In this document: positions 24,601 through 37,417 of the stretch, piece after piece
Layout: each line of letters starts with the position of its first letter
How positions within the stretch are numbered: the first letter of the stretch is position 1
DNA from: Nemertoderma westbladi
Lineage: Eukaryota; Animalia; Xenacoelomorpha
Direction of reading: 5' to 3'
DNA: 64,000 bases
NCBI GenBank assembly: GCA_032718475.1
Contig: JAUCBJ010004510.1
Span: 24,459 to 88,458 of the forward strand
Position numbers and translations under genes: made by a program
Notes under the pieces: model-generated
Databases searched by the model: none
Seen by the model: the letters and a program-made list of their open reading frames with translations, nothing else
What the model was told of the DNA's origin: nothing

Positions 24601-27272
24601 CTTATTTCCTTGTTCCCATAACTTAGCATCTGTTCCCATAACTTAGCATCTGTTCCCATAAAGTATTTCCTTGTCCCCAAAACTTATTTCCTTGTTCCCA
24701 TAACATAGCATCTGTTCCCTTAACGTATTTTCTTGTTCCCAAAACGTATTTCCTTGTTCCCATAACTTAGTATTTGTTCCTAAAACTTATTTCCTTGTTC
24801 CCATAACTTAGCATCTGTTCCCTTAACGTATTTCCTTGTTCCCAAAACGTATTTCCTTGTTCCCATAACTTAGCATTTGTTCCTAAAACTTATTTCCTTG
24901 TTCCCAGTATTTCCTTGTCCCCAAAACTTATTTCCTTGTCCCCAAAACTTATTTCCTTGTTCCCATAACTTAGCATCTGTTCCCTTAACGTATTTTCTTG
25001 TTCCCAAAACGTATTTCCTTGTTCCCATAACTTAGCATTTGTTCCTAAAACTTATTTCCTTGTTCCCATAACTTAGCATATGTTCCCATAACGTATTTCC
25101 TTGCTACCAAAACTTATTTCCTTGTTCCCATAACTTTGCACTTGTTCCCATAACTTAGCAGTTGTTCCCAAAACTTATTTTCTTGTTCCCAAAACTTAGC
25201 ATCTGTTCCCATAACTTAGCATCTGTTCCCATAACTTAGCATTTGTTCCTAAAACTTCTTTCCTTGTTCCCATAACTTATTTACTTGTTCCCATAACTTA
25301 GCATTTGTTCCCATAACTTATTTCTCGTTCCCATAACTTAGCATTTGTTCCCATAACTTATTTCCTTGTTCCCATAACTTATTTCCTTGTTTCCATAACT
25401 TATTTCCTTGTTCACATAACTTAGTATTTGTTCCCATAACTTATTTCCTTGTTTCCATAACTTAGTATTTGTTCCCATAACTTATTTCCTTGTTCCCATA
25501 ACTTAGCATCTGTTCCCATAACTTAGCATCTGTTCCCATAACTTAGCATCTGTTCCCATAACGTATTTCCTTGTTCCCAAAACTTATTTCCTTGTTCCCA
25601 TAACTTAGCATCTGTTCCCATAACTTAGCATCTGTTCCCATAAAGTATTTCCTTGTCCCCAAAACTTATTTCCTTGTTCCCATAACTTATCATTTGTTCC
25701 TAAAACTTATTTCCTTGTTCCCATAACGTATTTCCTTGTTCCCAAAACGTATTTCCTTGTTCCCATGACTTGCATTTGTTCCTAAAACTTATTTCCTTGT
25801 TCCCATAACTTAGCATCTGTTCCCATAACGTATTTCCTTGTTACCAAAACTTATTTCCTTGTTCCCATAACTTAGCATTTGTTCCTAAAACTTATTTCCT
25901 TGTTCCCATAACTTTGCACTTGTTCCCATAACTTAGCATTTGTTCCCAAAACTTATTTTCTTGTTCCCAAAACTTAGCATCTGTTCGCATAACTTAGCAT
26001 CTGTTCCCATAACTTAGCATCTGTTCCCATAACTTAGCATTTGTTCCTAAAACTTATTTCCTTGTTCCCATAACTCAGCACCTGTTCCCATAACTTAGCA
26101 TTTGTTCCCAAAACTTATTTTCTTGTTTCCATAACTTAGCTTCTGTTCCCATAACTTAGCATCTGTTCCCATAACGTATTTCCTTGTTTCCAAAACTTAT
26201 TTCCTTGTTCCCATAACTTAGCATTTGTTCCTAAAACTTATTTCCTTGTTCCCATATCTTAACATCTGTTCCCATAACTTAGCATCTGTTCCCATAACTT
26301 AGCATCTGTTCCCATAACGTATTTCCTTGTTCCGAAAACGTATTTCCTTGTTCCCATAACTTAGCATTTGTTCCTAAAACTTATTTCCTTGTTCCCATAA
26401 CTTAGCATTTGTTCCTAAAACTTATTTCCTTGTTCCCATAACTTAGCATCTGTTCCCATAACTTAGCATCTGTTCCCATAACTTAGCATCTGTTCCCATA
26501 ACGTATTTCCTTGTTCCCAAAACTTATTTCCTTGGTCCCATAACCTAGCATTTGTTCCTAAAACTTATTTCCTTGTTCCCATAACTTAGCATCTGTTCCC
26601 ATAACTTAGCACCTGTTCCCATAACTTAGCATCTGTTCCCATAACGTATTTCCTTGTTCCCAAAACTTATTTCCTTGTTCCCATAACTTAGCATTTGTTC
26701 CTAAAACTTATTTCCTTGTTCCCATAACTTAGCATCTGTTCCCATAACGTAGCACCTGTTCCCATAACTTAGCATCTGTTCCCATAACGTATTTCCTTGT
26801 TCCCAAAACTTATTTCCGTGTTCCCATAACTTACCATTTGTTCCTAAAACTTATTTCCTTGTTCCCATAACTTAGCATATGTTCCCATAACGTATTTCCT
26901 TGTTCCCAAAACTTATTTCCTTGTTCCCATAACTTAGCGTTTGTTCCTAAAACATATTTCCTTGTTCCCATAACTTAGCATCTGTTCCCATAAAGTATTT
27001 CCTTGTTCCCAAAACTTATTTCCTTGTTCCCATAACTTAGCATTTGTTCCTAAAACTTATTTCCTTGTTCCCATAACTTAGCATATGTTCCTATAACGTA
27101 TTTCCTTGTTCCCAAAACTTATTTCCTTGTTCCCATAACTTAGCGTTTGTTCCTAAAACATATTTCCTTGTTCCCATAACTTAGCGTTTGTTCCTAAAAC
27201 ATATTTCCTTGTTCCCATAACTTAGCGTTTGTTCCTAAAACATATTTCCTTGTTCCCATAACTTAGCACTTG
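21695..27272. repeat. 5.6-kb satellite of interspersed 20-bp (TTGTTCCCATAACTTAGCAT) and 21-bp (TTGTTCCCATAACTTATTTCC) units filling XPD intron 1
   Basis: Read directly; roughly 270 units. Confidence 0.97.
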
Positions 27273-27284
27273 TGCTGTGTGTAC

Positions 27285-28220
27285 CTGTGGGAGCGCGGGA
27301 TTAGCCAGGGTCGCCTCGTTATCTCTACCCTCCGCAGCCTCCCGCAACCCCTCCACCAGCTCCCTGTACTCCTCCTCCAGTCTCCCGCTGTCCGACTCCT
27401 TTATCCGCTCCAACTCCCCGGACAGACTCGCTATGTTCCCGTCGCAACGCTCCAACGTGCGACGCGTTATAGTAACGCTCATACTCTCTATACACACGTT
27501 GTCAATGTTATGCGCCTCGTCGAATACAACTACCGAGTTCCTGGGGAACTTGGCCGAGACTATCTGGGCGATCTTCGGATCTAAAAGGTAATGGTAACTG
27601 AACACAACGATATTGGCTTCCTCTAGGGCTCTTCTACCTAGGAAGTAAGGGCAGTAGGATTTATAGAGACCGTGTTCCTTCAAGTCGTCTAGTCCGTAGA
27701 CTCCCGTGGGGAGTGGGTCCTCGCGGCCGGAGGAGTCCCACGTCGCGTAGTAACTGCAAACCGACACGGATCGGTCGAGTTTTCTGCGTTCTAGAACGTG
27801 GGAGGCGGTGAGTCCGTAGCAACGCGCGTCCACCGAGCGTCCATCGCGGATCGCGCTAACCTCGGGGTGGACGCAGAGATTCCGACGGGAACTCATGGCC
27901 AGACACAGGAGCCCCAGACCGCTGCCGGTCTCTGCTTTGTAGAAGGAGTCCAATTGTTTGAGTTCCTCGACGACTTTCTCTATCTCCGGGACAGTTCGCG
28001 AACAATATATGAGTTTGGATAGAGTCTCGGGGAAGGCGCGGAGGTAGGCGACGATAAGGGATAGCAGGGAGACCGTCTTACCGGTACCGGACGGCATCTC
28101 GAGAACGCAGTGGCCTTTGGCGTCGAGAGCCGATTTGAGTTCCCGCATATAGGCGAACTGTTCCGGGTAGATGTACTCGTAGGGGAATAAAACTTCCAAT
28201 CCGTCAAAATCCAACTTCAT
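27285..28220 (-). CDS. ERCC2: XPD/ERCC2 exon 1 of 3 (spliced CDS 936+461+886 = 2283 nt, 760 aa)
   Basis: Walker [10 protein letters not shown], four Fe-S cysteines (LCVHP, RCYG, VCSYY, YCPYF) and DEAH box. Donor CAG|gtacac at 27285/27284. Confidence 0.96.
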
Positions 28221-28368
28221 TGTTAATAACTTGTCGTGTGGTACGGTAGTTCGAAAAGACAGGAAGAGTTACTGTAACTGCTTAAAACCGCCCACGTTAA
28301 ACCAGTAAACGGCAATTAAATATATATTATATTATTACCGTACAGCGCTACTCAGGTAGTTGAGTGAG

Positions 28369-28815
28369 TTAATCGCATACGAATTTCATCATAAAATCGA
28401 AATCTCTGTAACTGACACGGCCATCCCCATCTCTGTCCACTTCGTCGAATACTTTACGAAGAGTCAACTCGGGGATATTCGGAGCGAATAAATTAATCGC
28501 GCGTTTCAAATCCGCCAACGTTATAAATCCTTTGCAATCCACGTCGAAAGCATTAAATATTTGTCGTATGTTTACGTTATTGTCCTCGCTTTTGGCCCTA
28601 ACATTTACTGCCGTAACGAATTGATTGGAGTTCAGCGTGTCTCTCGCCCCAACTTTTCGGAATGTTTCGTTCACTTCGTATTTAGAAGGTTTGTACCCGA
28701 ATATTCGTAGCACGGCTACTTTAAAATCTTCGCGCGATAAATACGATTTATTCCCGCTATCCGCTTCATTGAATACTTTTAGTAACTCCTTCGTGGTAAA
28801 TCGTAATGTTACCAT
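28369..28815 (-). CDS. EFCAB11: EF-hand calcium-binding protein, EFCAB11-like, intronless
   Basis: YLSREDFKVAV..FGYKPSK and VFDEVDRDGDGRVSYRDF match EFCAB11 as recalled. First ATG at 28815. Confidence 0.85.
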   Translation of the reverse strand: MVTLRFTTKELLKVFNEADSGNKSYLSREDFKVAVLRIFGYKPSKYEVNETFRKVGARDTLNSNQFVTAVNVRAKSEDNNVNIRQIFNAFDVDCKGFITLADLKRAINLFAPNIPELTLRKVFDEVDRDGDGRVSYRDFDFMMKFVCD

Positions 28816-30053
28816 TGTAAAACACCGGTACACAGTACTGCAGTACTGCAGTGTGGACACACAAGCGGGTCATTGCAGCATTGCCAGAATGTCAGAGCAG
28901 TAGAATGAGGTGGAATGGGCTGCACTGCGAAAAAATTTAATTATGTTCACTACTGACTGACTGACTGCACTATTATTCCAAATGGCAACAATTCCGGTTT
29001 CAAGTTATAAAGCTTGCTTATCGAAGTGATAATGAGGTTTAGTGCAGTTAAATTACTTTTACATATTCATTCAACATATTGTACCATTGATCAACATTAA
29101 TCAATCTTAGATTCGTGGTGGTATTATTATTATTTAGTATTATTTATTTAGTAACACCTCATATGATCATAATATGGAGGGAGAAAATCACCAGGTAACA
29201 CGCAACAGTAAGGTGACGACACAAAGAGACAAGACACATATTATAATAATCTAATAATAGTACAAAGCATATCTAAAAATAGTACGAAAATTTGATGGAA
29301 AATCTATCGATAATAACAAGTAAATTAAATATGGTAAAATAGTACGGGACATTATACAGTAGAATAAAATAAAATCATATAAAATAAATATAAAATATTT
29401 ACATCAATATATTAAATTTACAGTACCAAGTTGACCATCTTAAGTTTCGAACTAAAGATGTCTAAAGATATTTAACGTAGGCCTACTGCATGTTAATATA
29501 TTTAAAAAAAACCATCCCACTATTGGAATTGGTGTACTAAAATCAACTTCCAGTCACATACTACTGTACATTTAATAACTAACTACAGTATAACTATACA
29601 TAATCGTGTCTCCAGCAGAAACATGTGAGGTGTGACCTTTACAAAAAAAACGTTACTAAACGTTAGTAAAGGTCGCCTTGGGTGTGGCAGTGACTGAAAT
29701 GACAATTGTTTTAAAAGTGCGCCATAAGAATAGGATTCCGGTGATGTAAGTTTAATTGTATTGGAAACTTGTACCATTTGTTAATTTCCAACAGTAAATT
29801 TATTACTAAAATATATGGAAGCAATCGGATCGGTCGGATCGTTGGTCAAACTCAGAACAAATAATTTATAATTATATGTGGCGAATTGACTGCCATATGT
29901 CCCTAAAATCTGGGGCGAATAGACTATGGGGCGAATATGTCAAGGGGCGAATCGACTCGCACCCTAGTATTAGTAGCATAAATTATTAACTTTATAAGCG
30001 GCGTACAGTGGCGTTACAAAGAACCCTACAGCGTTTGCGTTTCAGTTTTCACA

Positions 30054-30998
30054 ATGAATAATATTTTAAGATCAGTGATTTGTAACGGAAGTACCAAATC
30101 TTACATTTTTAATACTATATTATCGGCGGGTATAAACAGTACCGGTAGTAGGTTCCCTGTGATCTCGCGTAAATTATTATCCCCGAATCGGAAACTAAAT
30201 AATATGCAGGATTCAGAGCGTAGACATGGAGACGAAGATACCTCGACGGGAGAATCTGCGACTCGGATAACCCGACGGAAGGGACTGGAAGCGGGAATGG
30301 AGTACCACCGGTCGCTGTCTCTCGAACAACGTCGGGAACTCTATCGGTGCGGGGATTCCTACCTACCGTTGGGGGAGCTGGATAGTTGGCCGAAATACAG
30401 CGAGTATATCGAGATCAAACGGAAGCTAAGTAAACCCGTGGATAATCCCGATCTCTCTGCGGCAAAACGACCTTGTTCACCCGAGATAAACGATAAAATC
30501 CGCGTGTTTATCGGAGATTTAACTCGTCTCGAGATCGACTGTGTAGTGAACGCGGCTAAGAACAGTCTGCTAGGTGGGGGCGGCGTAGACGGAGCTATTC
30601 ACCGCGCCGCCGGCGCCACTCTGCTCCAGGAATGCCGCACGTTGAACGGGTGCGAGACCGGATCCTCCGTAATCACCCTGGGTTACAACCTGCCGGCCCG
30701 TCACGTTATCCATACAGTTGGCCCGGTTGGGGAGCAACCCGATCTCCTGGCTTCGTGTTACGAATCGAGTTTAAATCTCGCAGTTTCTAATTCTCTTCGC
30801 AGCATCGCCTTTCCTTGTATATCCACTGGTGTCTATGGTTACCCGAACGGTAACGCTGCTAGGGTTGTACTCTCCACCGTTCGGGATTGGCTGGATCGTA
30901 ACTATGACAATATTGACGCTGTTATATTTTGTTTATTTCTCGAAGTAGATATAGATTTTTACGGTGATTTATTGCCGGTTTATTTCCCCTTGGTGTGA
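30054..30998 (+). CDS. MacroD-type macrodomain ADP-ribose glycohydrolase (MACROD1/2 family), intronless
   Basis: GDLTRLEIDCVVNAAKNSLLGGGGVDGAIHRAAG, VIHTVGP and IAFPCISTGVYGYP. Confidence 0.93.
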   Translation: MNNILRSVICNGSTKSYIFNTILSAGINSTGSRFPVISRKLLSPNRKLNNMQDSERRHGDEDTSTGESATRITRRKGLEAGMEYHRSLSLEQRRELYRCGDSYLPLGELDSWPKYSEYIEIKRKLSKPVDNPDLSAAKRPCSPEINDKIRVFIGDLTRLEIDCVVNAAKNSLLGGGGVDGAIHRAAGATLLQECRTLNGCETGSSVITLGYNLPARHVIHTVGPVGEQPDLLASCYESSLNLAVSNSLRSIAFPCISTGVYGYPNGNAARVVLSTVRDWLDRNYDNIDAVIFCLFLEVDIDFYGDLLPVYFPLV

Positions 30999-33275
30999 AG
31001 AGAATGATTGCAATAACTACAAATAATAATAACGAACCTGTCTTTAGACTGGGTAGTTTTTGTCTAAAGCTGAGGCCGGCAAAAACACGATGGATATATT
31101 TACCTATATATTTACCTATATCACTATATATGTCACTATATCACTCACTATGTATGTTCACCAAATGGCTTGAAACCACTTGCATGCATTGTAAAATTGT
31201 AAACGCAAGTATTTATCAATTGTTGTCTAGTTGTTGAATAAAAAAGTTGGGAACGATTCGAAGTGCGATATTCGAAATATTTGCATATTTTCAACATTAT
31301 TGAACGCGAAATTAAATACCCACAACTCCCTTGCTTGAAATGTTTTTCAGGTGATTGATATTTAGCAATTATTATGAGGTTACTTACTACTGAAATCTGA
31401 CAGAATGCCAAACGTATTATTATAGTTCTATCTCTATTCAGCCAGTTAGTAGTGTAAGTACATCATTTATATATCGTATGTATCTATAGGGCCTAATTGT
31501 CATCGTTATAATACTGTCATCAACTTAGGCTAAGCTCAATTATAATGTAAAGGCTTAGTAGGTTTTGTATATCTGGGACGTTTACAACAGCTGTCGATTA
31601 AACTAACAAAACCATAAAACTGAACCAGGGTGGCTGCCAGCCGGGTACCAACGGCTGTTGGGTAGACTTAAGGGAACATTTCACAAACTTTCATAGGATG
31701 CTTGTACATGTACATTATATTGGTTGCTCCGATGTTTTTATTAGGCTAACTGAGAATGTATCAGGTATAAATACTGTAATTATAGTGTTCTTAATTTTAT
31801 TTATCTAATACAGAAAAGACCCCTCCGCAGAATAAACTGCTCTTTTGGGCCGTTTCTCAGGTTGCGGATATGGATACCATTTCACACATCATCGTAGTAA
31901 TTGTGATTATGATTTGTTTGCCTAGGCGAATGTGTATTACATTAGATGGGAGGCAGTTTTTTGGTTGATGCAACTCATTCTTGGTTTGCATCTTCCAATC
32001 CCATCTGTTTCTTGGAGTCTGTGTAAGACAGGTTCGTTTAAAGCCATCTTGATGGCGTTCTAGTAATATATTTGAGATACGTTGTAATAGAATTTAAGAA
32101 TACATTTATTATATATACTATAATAATATATTTATTCTCAAATTGTTACTTTTTCGCTCGAATTTAAAAATCGGGTGAAAATGAAGTAGGTTTGTTTTTC
32201 CCTAGGGAAAAAAGTAATCCATAGGATACCAGTGGTAAATATGACCCATTGATTTTACATATTTTCCACAGTTAAGGGGGGGGGGGGGGGGACTGGACGC
32301 AATAAAAATTCATCCTTCTCCAGGGGAAATTCGACGCAAATAACAGCTGAATACTCTCAAAAATAAAACTGTAACCTGTTATATTGTATTTAGCTTATTG
32401 TTTTGGTTAAAATAACGTGCCACTTTAACCTGCTCCTTTCCCTAAATCGAGAATTTAACATTGAGGCGGGATATTAATTCGCCAAGGCGGGTTTTGCTTC
32501 CAGTTTCCTCCCCTGTCTCATTTTCCCACAGAAAAAAGTAAATAGAATATTTTTGGTGGAATTTCTAAAATTTTCTTACATGTGTTGAAAGAGCATCGAA
32601 GTAGAAAAGGTTGGCGAGTAATTTGAGCCAAATCCATTCACACACCCAAAAGTTATTGCAACTTTAGTGTCTGCAAGGCGAACTCCAAAACGGAACTCAA
32701 TATCCAATATTGGTTTAAGCGGCTCTCTAGTTACATAATAAATATTCGAGAACACTAAATTATTTAACTGAGTAATAAGGCAGCATCAGTAGTGGGGTCG
32801 CTTAAGGCTGAAATATAGCAAAATCGTTAATTGCTGGACAAAAGCATGAAAATGTGACTATATATGTAAAAAAATGTGTAGATTAATCTGAGCCTGTGTA
32901 CCAAAAAAATTGACTACTTCCCTAGCAACAGGGTGACTTTTTATAGCAACCGGATACTTTTGGTCGTATCTGTTATTGAAACTCGCCATATAGTGAAATT
33001 ACGATTATATTACTGGGTTGGTTTAAAAATAGAAGTCGAGTACACGTTTCCATAGCAACAAGGTGACCTTTCCCTAGCAACCGTTGTATATTTAATGTAA
33101 TTATGATTGAAACTTGGGATAAATAACCTGGCTGCAATAGAAGATGGTTAATAGTGTATTCGGGGCTGATACTCGTTTCCTTAGCAACAATATGACCTTT
33201 CTCTAGCAACTGCCTGCAATTCTGATTGAAATTTGGGATCATGTTGGGATAATCAACCTGTATAGCAATATAAGG

Positions 33276-33546
33276 CACATGTGAAGAATACCAGACTTTC
33301 TGCTGTTATATTTCACTTTGCAGTTACTCCCTTGTGAAGAATACCAGGTTTTCACCAAAACCACATTTTACAGAAGGGCTGAATCTAACCAAAACAATAA
33401 ACGAATTAGTATATGTACAGGTTATAAGAGAGAAATAAGCGCTATAAAACACTTAATAAAGATAAATTAAAAAAAATAAAAATCTCATATATAAAATTCC
33501 AATAAAAATTCGACCGAAAAGTGAAATCCTGGTATTCTTCACGTGC
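33276..33546. mobile_element. Small MITE inserted in the Academ left subterminal region
   Basis: GTGAAGAATACCAG (33281-33294) and its inverse CTGGTATTCTTCAC (33529-33542). Confidence 0.55.
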
Positions 33547-35735
33547 GGCATGGGCGAATATAAGATTATTAGTAGTTATATTAGAGCTGATTGATACACG
33601 TTTCCATAAAAATATTTAAATTTATGGGAATAATGTGTGTTTATAAAACTACAGTGTAAAAGTACAGTTAAAAATCCAAAAATGTAGCCACGGGCGGAGC
33701 TGATCCCGTAATAATAATAATATAATAGTACAATATGGATATATTTCTCTAAAAAATCTGTAAGAAGTACTGTACTTCCAATTTCAACAATTTTTTTACT
33801 ATTTCACTTGCCAGGCCCAGATGCAATACGGTTTTAGAACATCGTCATGCACTGAAAGGAGGCCAGAGGAACAAGATATCCTTGGCAATAACTTAAATCG
33901 TTCTAGAATGTTTCGCATATAATGAAAACAAACACAGATAAATATAATACCAATACTACCGGTAGCTGTTGTTGTATTTTATTCGTGTAGGAAAATGGTC
34001 AATAATCAGAGTGTAATATAATAGTCATTTTGCGATTTTAGAATTAGAATTATGATACAGAATAGTACATCATGGTACTAGTGAGCTGGTTATTGCTTAT
34101 TCCCTCGAAATTAACATTATGTAACTTTTGTTTTGGTTTGTGGTTTGTATATATTTATTGGCACTACTTCGCCCTGTCGACAGCCTCTGTCAATTTTTTT
34201 AACCATAAATTTTTTTGTGTTTTTCAATGTTTTGTTTGGTAATGGTGAATGTTCTAGAACCTTAAGTAGATATTTTTTTTAATAGCAGCTGCGTTTTTTT
34301 ACTAGCTAGCATTTTTTGAAAATAAAAAAAATTTTTTGTTAATATTATTAATTAGCTAGCGTTTTTATGAAGGTAGTGTTTTTTTTACTACAGTAGATAG
34401 TAATAGTAAGTATTTAAAATGTTTAAAACTGATTTTTTTAATATTTCGTTATTTATAGGTGTGGTTGGTTGGTAAACAAGCCTATATTTTTTATGGGTTT
34501 TATTTTATTATTCTTTCCAGCGACACTTTGCTGAATTTAGACTCAGAAAACATACATATTGAGAAGGCTTTGTGGGGGTGTCATGGGGATACGTTGGATT
34601 GCTCTGGATGGGTTGAGTTGCTTGCAGAAGCAAATATTGCTACTCATGGTGTAGCTGATTCTTTCCATAAAGTAGCACATATTACAAGGACTCGAAAAGC
34701 TCATCAAACAACATGACATTATTGCATTGACATTATTATTATTGCATTATTATCATTGACATTATTGCATTACTGCATTGACATTATTGCAGATTGAATC
34801 CTTTTCAGAATTCGAGAATACAAATCACATTGATAATTATTCATTTTCAGACTGGAGAGACTTAATGGCAACAGAACATCCAACCTTTCAGTTCTACGAC
34901 TTCATTTTGAGAATTCAGAGGCTAATTCTAGTATTTATTCGAGCTCATAGAGAGAAAAATTTCCAACTATTCATAAGTTGTTTAGAGACTCTAGTTTTTT
35001 AGTTTAGACCATTACCACTACAGTCGATGGGTAAGTGTATTTCTGTTAGATATGAAGTCTCTCCCACAAACCATAATCGAAGTGTTTAATAAAGGAAATT
35101 GGGTTGCATCGAAGTCAAGTCAACGTTTCTCAGCTATACCTCTCGACCAAGCTCATGAACAGGAAAATGAAAAAGTTAAAGGTAGTGGTGGTGTGATTGG
35201 TCTTACTGAGAATGAAGCAGGATTTCGAAGGTGGCTCTTAGCCGGACCGGAACTTGCTAGATTGATTGGCAAATTCGAGACAACAATAGACTCAAGAACA
35301 AATCTGTCACTCACAGATAAAAAAAACACCATGAAGAAACGATAGCTTTCCAAAAGTCATTTCAAAATGATGTCAATAATCTGGTAATTACCATTAAGGA
35401 ACACGGTAACCCATTTATTCCAAAATCTGACAAACTCATATTGATACCAAGTCAAGCATATGCTCCTGACTCTGTAGTTAATACCAAACGTAAGATTGAA
35501 GAATGTGGCGCAAGATACAATATACTAATTTTGTAACTGATGTTTTGGTTAATAATGTAAGGCCGTTCAAAGATGTCATTAAATCCAACTCGTTTCAAAC
35601 TTTTAAATCGCCTAGAATATCTAATGTAAAGAACAAACGCATGTCTGAGGTTCGATCCGACGCATCATTGTTTGGAAAACTCTTTATTGCGAATCAAACC
35701 CGAAAAGGAGATCCGTCTGTCTTCTTTGCTCATGA

Positions 35736-35906
35736 CTTTCTTGAGACGCATCTTAAAGGACACTGGCCTTAAAGATGCGGATGATCTAGCAAATGTCATG
35801 GGTGATAGGGAGTTGTGGCGGTGCAATTTTGTTGACAAGCCGGCACAGCATTCTTAAAAATGTAGCTGCAATGCACCATGCCGATCCTAGTAGTAGTAGT
35901 AGTAGT
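35736..35906 (+). mobile_element. LINE 3'-end insertion with (TAG)n tail and 8-9-bp TSD
   Basis: (T)GCTCATGA at 35727-35735 and 35906-35914. Removing the insert restores FFAHENHPY. The same family is at 39408-39900 on the minus strand. Confidence 0.9.
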
Positions 35907-36328
35907 GCTCATGAGAACCACCCTTATCCACCTTCACTTTCACAGTATGGTGACATCAATTATAAGACTAAATCTGACATATTAAAGGTTTTTGATACAA
36001 CATATAGTGTTGATGTCCCTGAGTATTTTCATGCTAAAGTCTTTGATGCACCTTTCATAGTTCATTGCCTTCGACCTATAGGATGTTCCACCATACAAGA
36101 CTATTTAACTAATAAAATAATACCTCATATAAAGCACAATTGAACAATTCTGACAGGGTTGACTTTGTTTTTGACAGATACTGCCATGAAAGCTTGAAAA
36201 TGGGTATCAGAAACTTACGTGGTAGTGGAAACCAAGTTAACATTAAGGATAAAACCAAAATTCCAGCAAATTCGATGGATTTCTTAAGGAACTCTAATAA
36301 TAAAAACGAGTTGTTCAACTCGTTTCGA

Positions 36329-37417
36329 TTATCCCAAAATGGGCTCCATGGTCCCACGACCTTTACGGAACCCATTCTGATTTCCACAGAGCAGTCTCTC
36401 AATGGGATCCCTGATGCGATTTAATAGAATCCTATTGTATAGCTTTGCAGCAATCGAGATCAACGAGATTCCCCGAAAAGAACCATAGAGTGTTAGGTTG
36501 CCCTTCTTGGGAACTGGCACCAACTTATTTGTTTTCATTTCTTGTGGGACTCTTGTTGTTCGGTACATGTCTACTATGATGGGATAGATGAGCTTTAAAC
36601 ACTCAGGTATTTTAAAGACCTCAGGGGGAACACCATCTACTCCACTGGCACGATTGGTCTTAATGCTCTTTGCAGCAGCCTTCACTTCTGCAAAGGAGAT
36701 ATCGCCAATGGGAATATCCGGGAGTACAGACTCAGACAATTTTACTTCTATAAAGTTATCAGGCGATACCCTGTCATTATTGAGGAGCTTTTCAAAGTGG
36801 GCTTTCCAACCATTGAGGCGATCGGCTGGTGATTCAGCCTTAACCTTGGTGGTTGGTTGGCTTTTCCGCCCAGTAAGCAGATTGATCGATTTCCATGCCT
36901 GGGATGATTGCCTGCTGTCGTCAGCATCATTGATGGCATCAACCTGTTGGTTTATTAGCTCCTGTATATTAACAGAGTACTGCCTGTTCAGGGACCTAAA
37001 TGCAGCCTTAACTGCATTCTTGGCCGCTGTAGTCTGTTTGAGTCGGGACTCTTTCTGCGCCTTATGAAGGTCATTTCGGCACTTCTGAATTTTGTTGTCA
37101 GTCCAGGGGGCCCTTTTCCTGTTTCGAGGGTATACAGGAACTGTTTCTGCAGCTGCTAACTTAACTGCTTCTGTAAAGGCAGTATAGCCCTCACAGTGAT
37201 CTGCCGCCTCAGATGCAAGAGCCTCATACCTGTTGCTCAGCTGTAGTGTGAAGCTGGATCTCACACTTGGCTGTTGCAACAGAGAGGACCAGTCATGCCG
37301 CGGCAAGGCAGATTTCGTTGTTCTGCTAGCACGCAGACCAAGTCTTACCTTGGCCACAATAAGGCGGTGATCACTGGAGAAGGGTCGAAGTGTAAATGCA
37401 TTACAGTCTTGTATAGA
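36329..37417 (-). mobile_element. Internal fragment of an RTE-like LINE ORF (end of APE domain to start of RT)
   Basis: SDHRLIVAKVR, RASGVDGVPPEV, PVPKKGNL..FRGISL..KLYNRILLNRI and QNGFRKGRGT in one uninterrupted frame. Confidence 0.88.

Noticed and set aside
21695-27272. CRISPR-like array or coding repeat
   Set aside because: No spacers; mixed 20/21-bp units break any frame; it lies within a GT-AG intron whose removal yields a 760-aa XPD.
29120-32060. Possible old LINE 3' ends at ~29120-29800 and ~31790-32060 (minus strand)
   Set aside because: Only vague resemblance and A-rich ends; no diagnostic motif or TSD.
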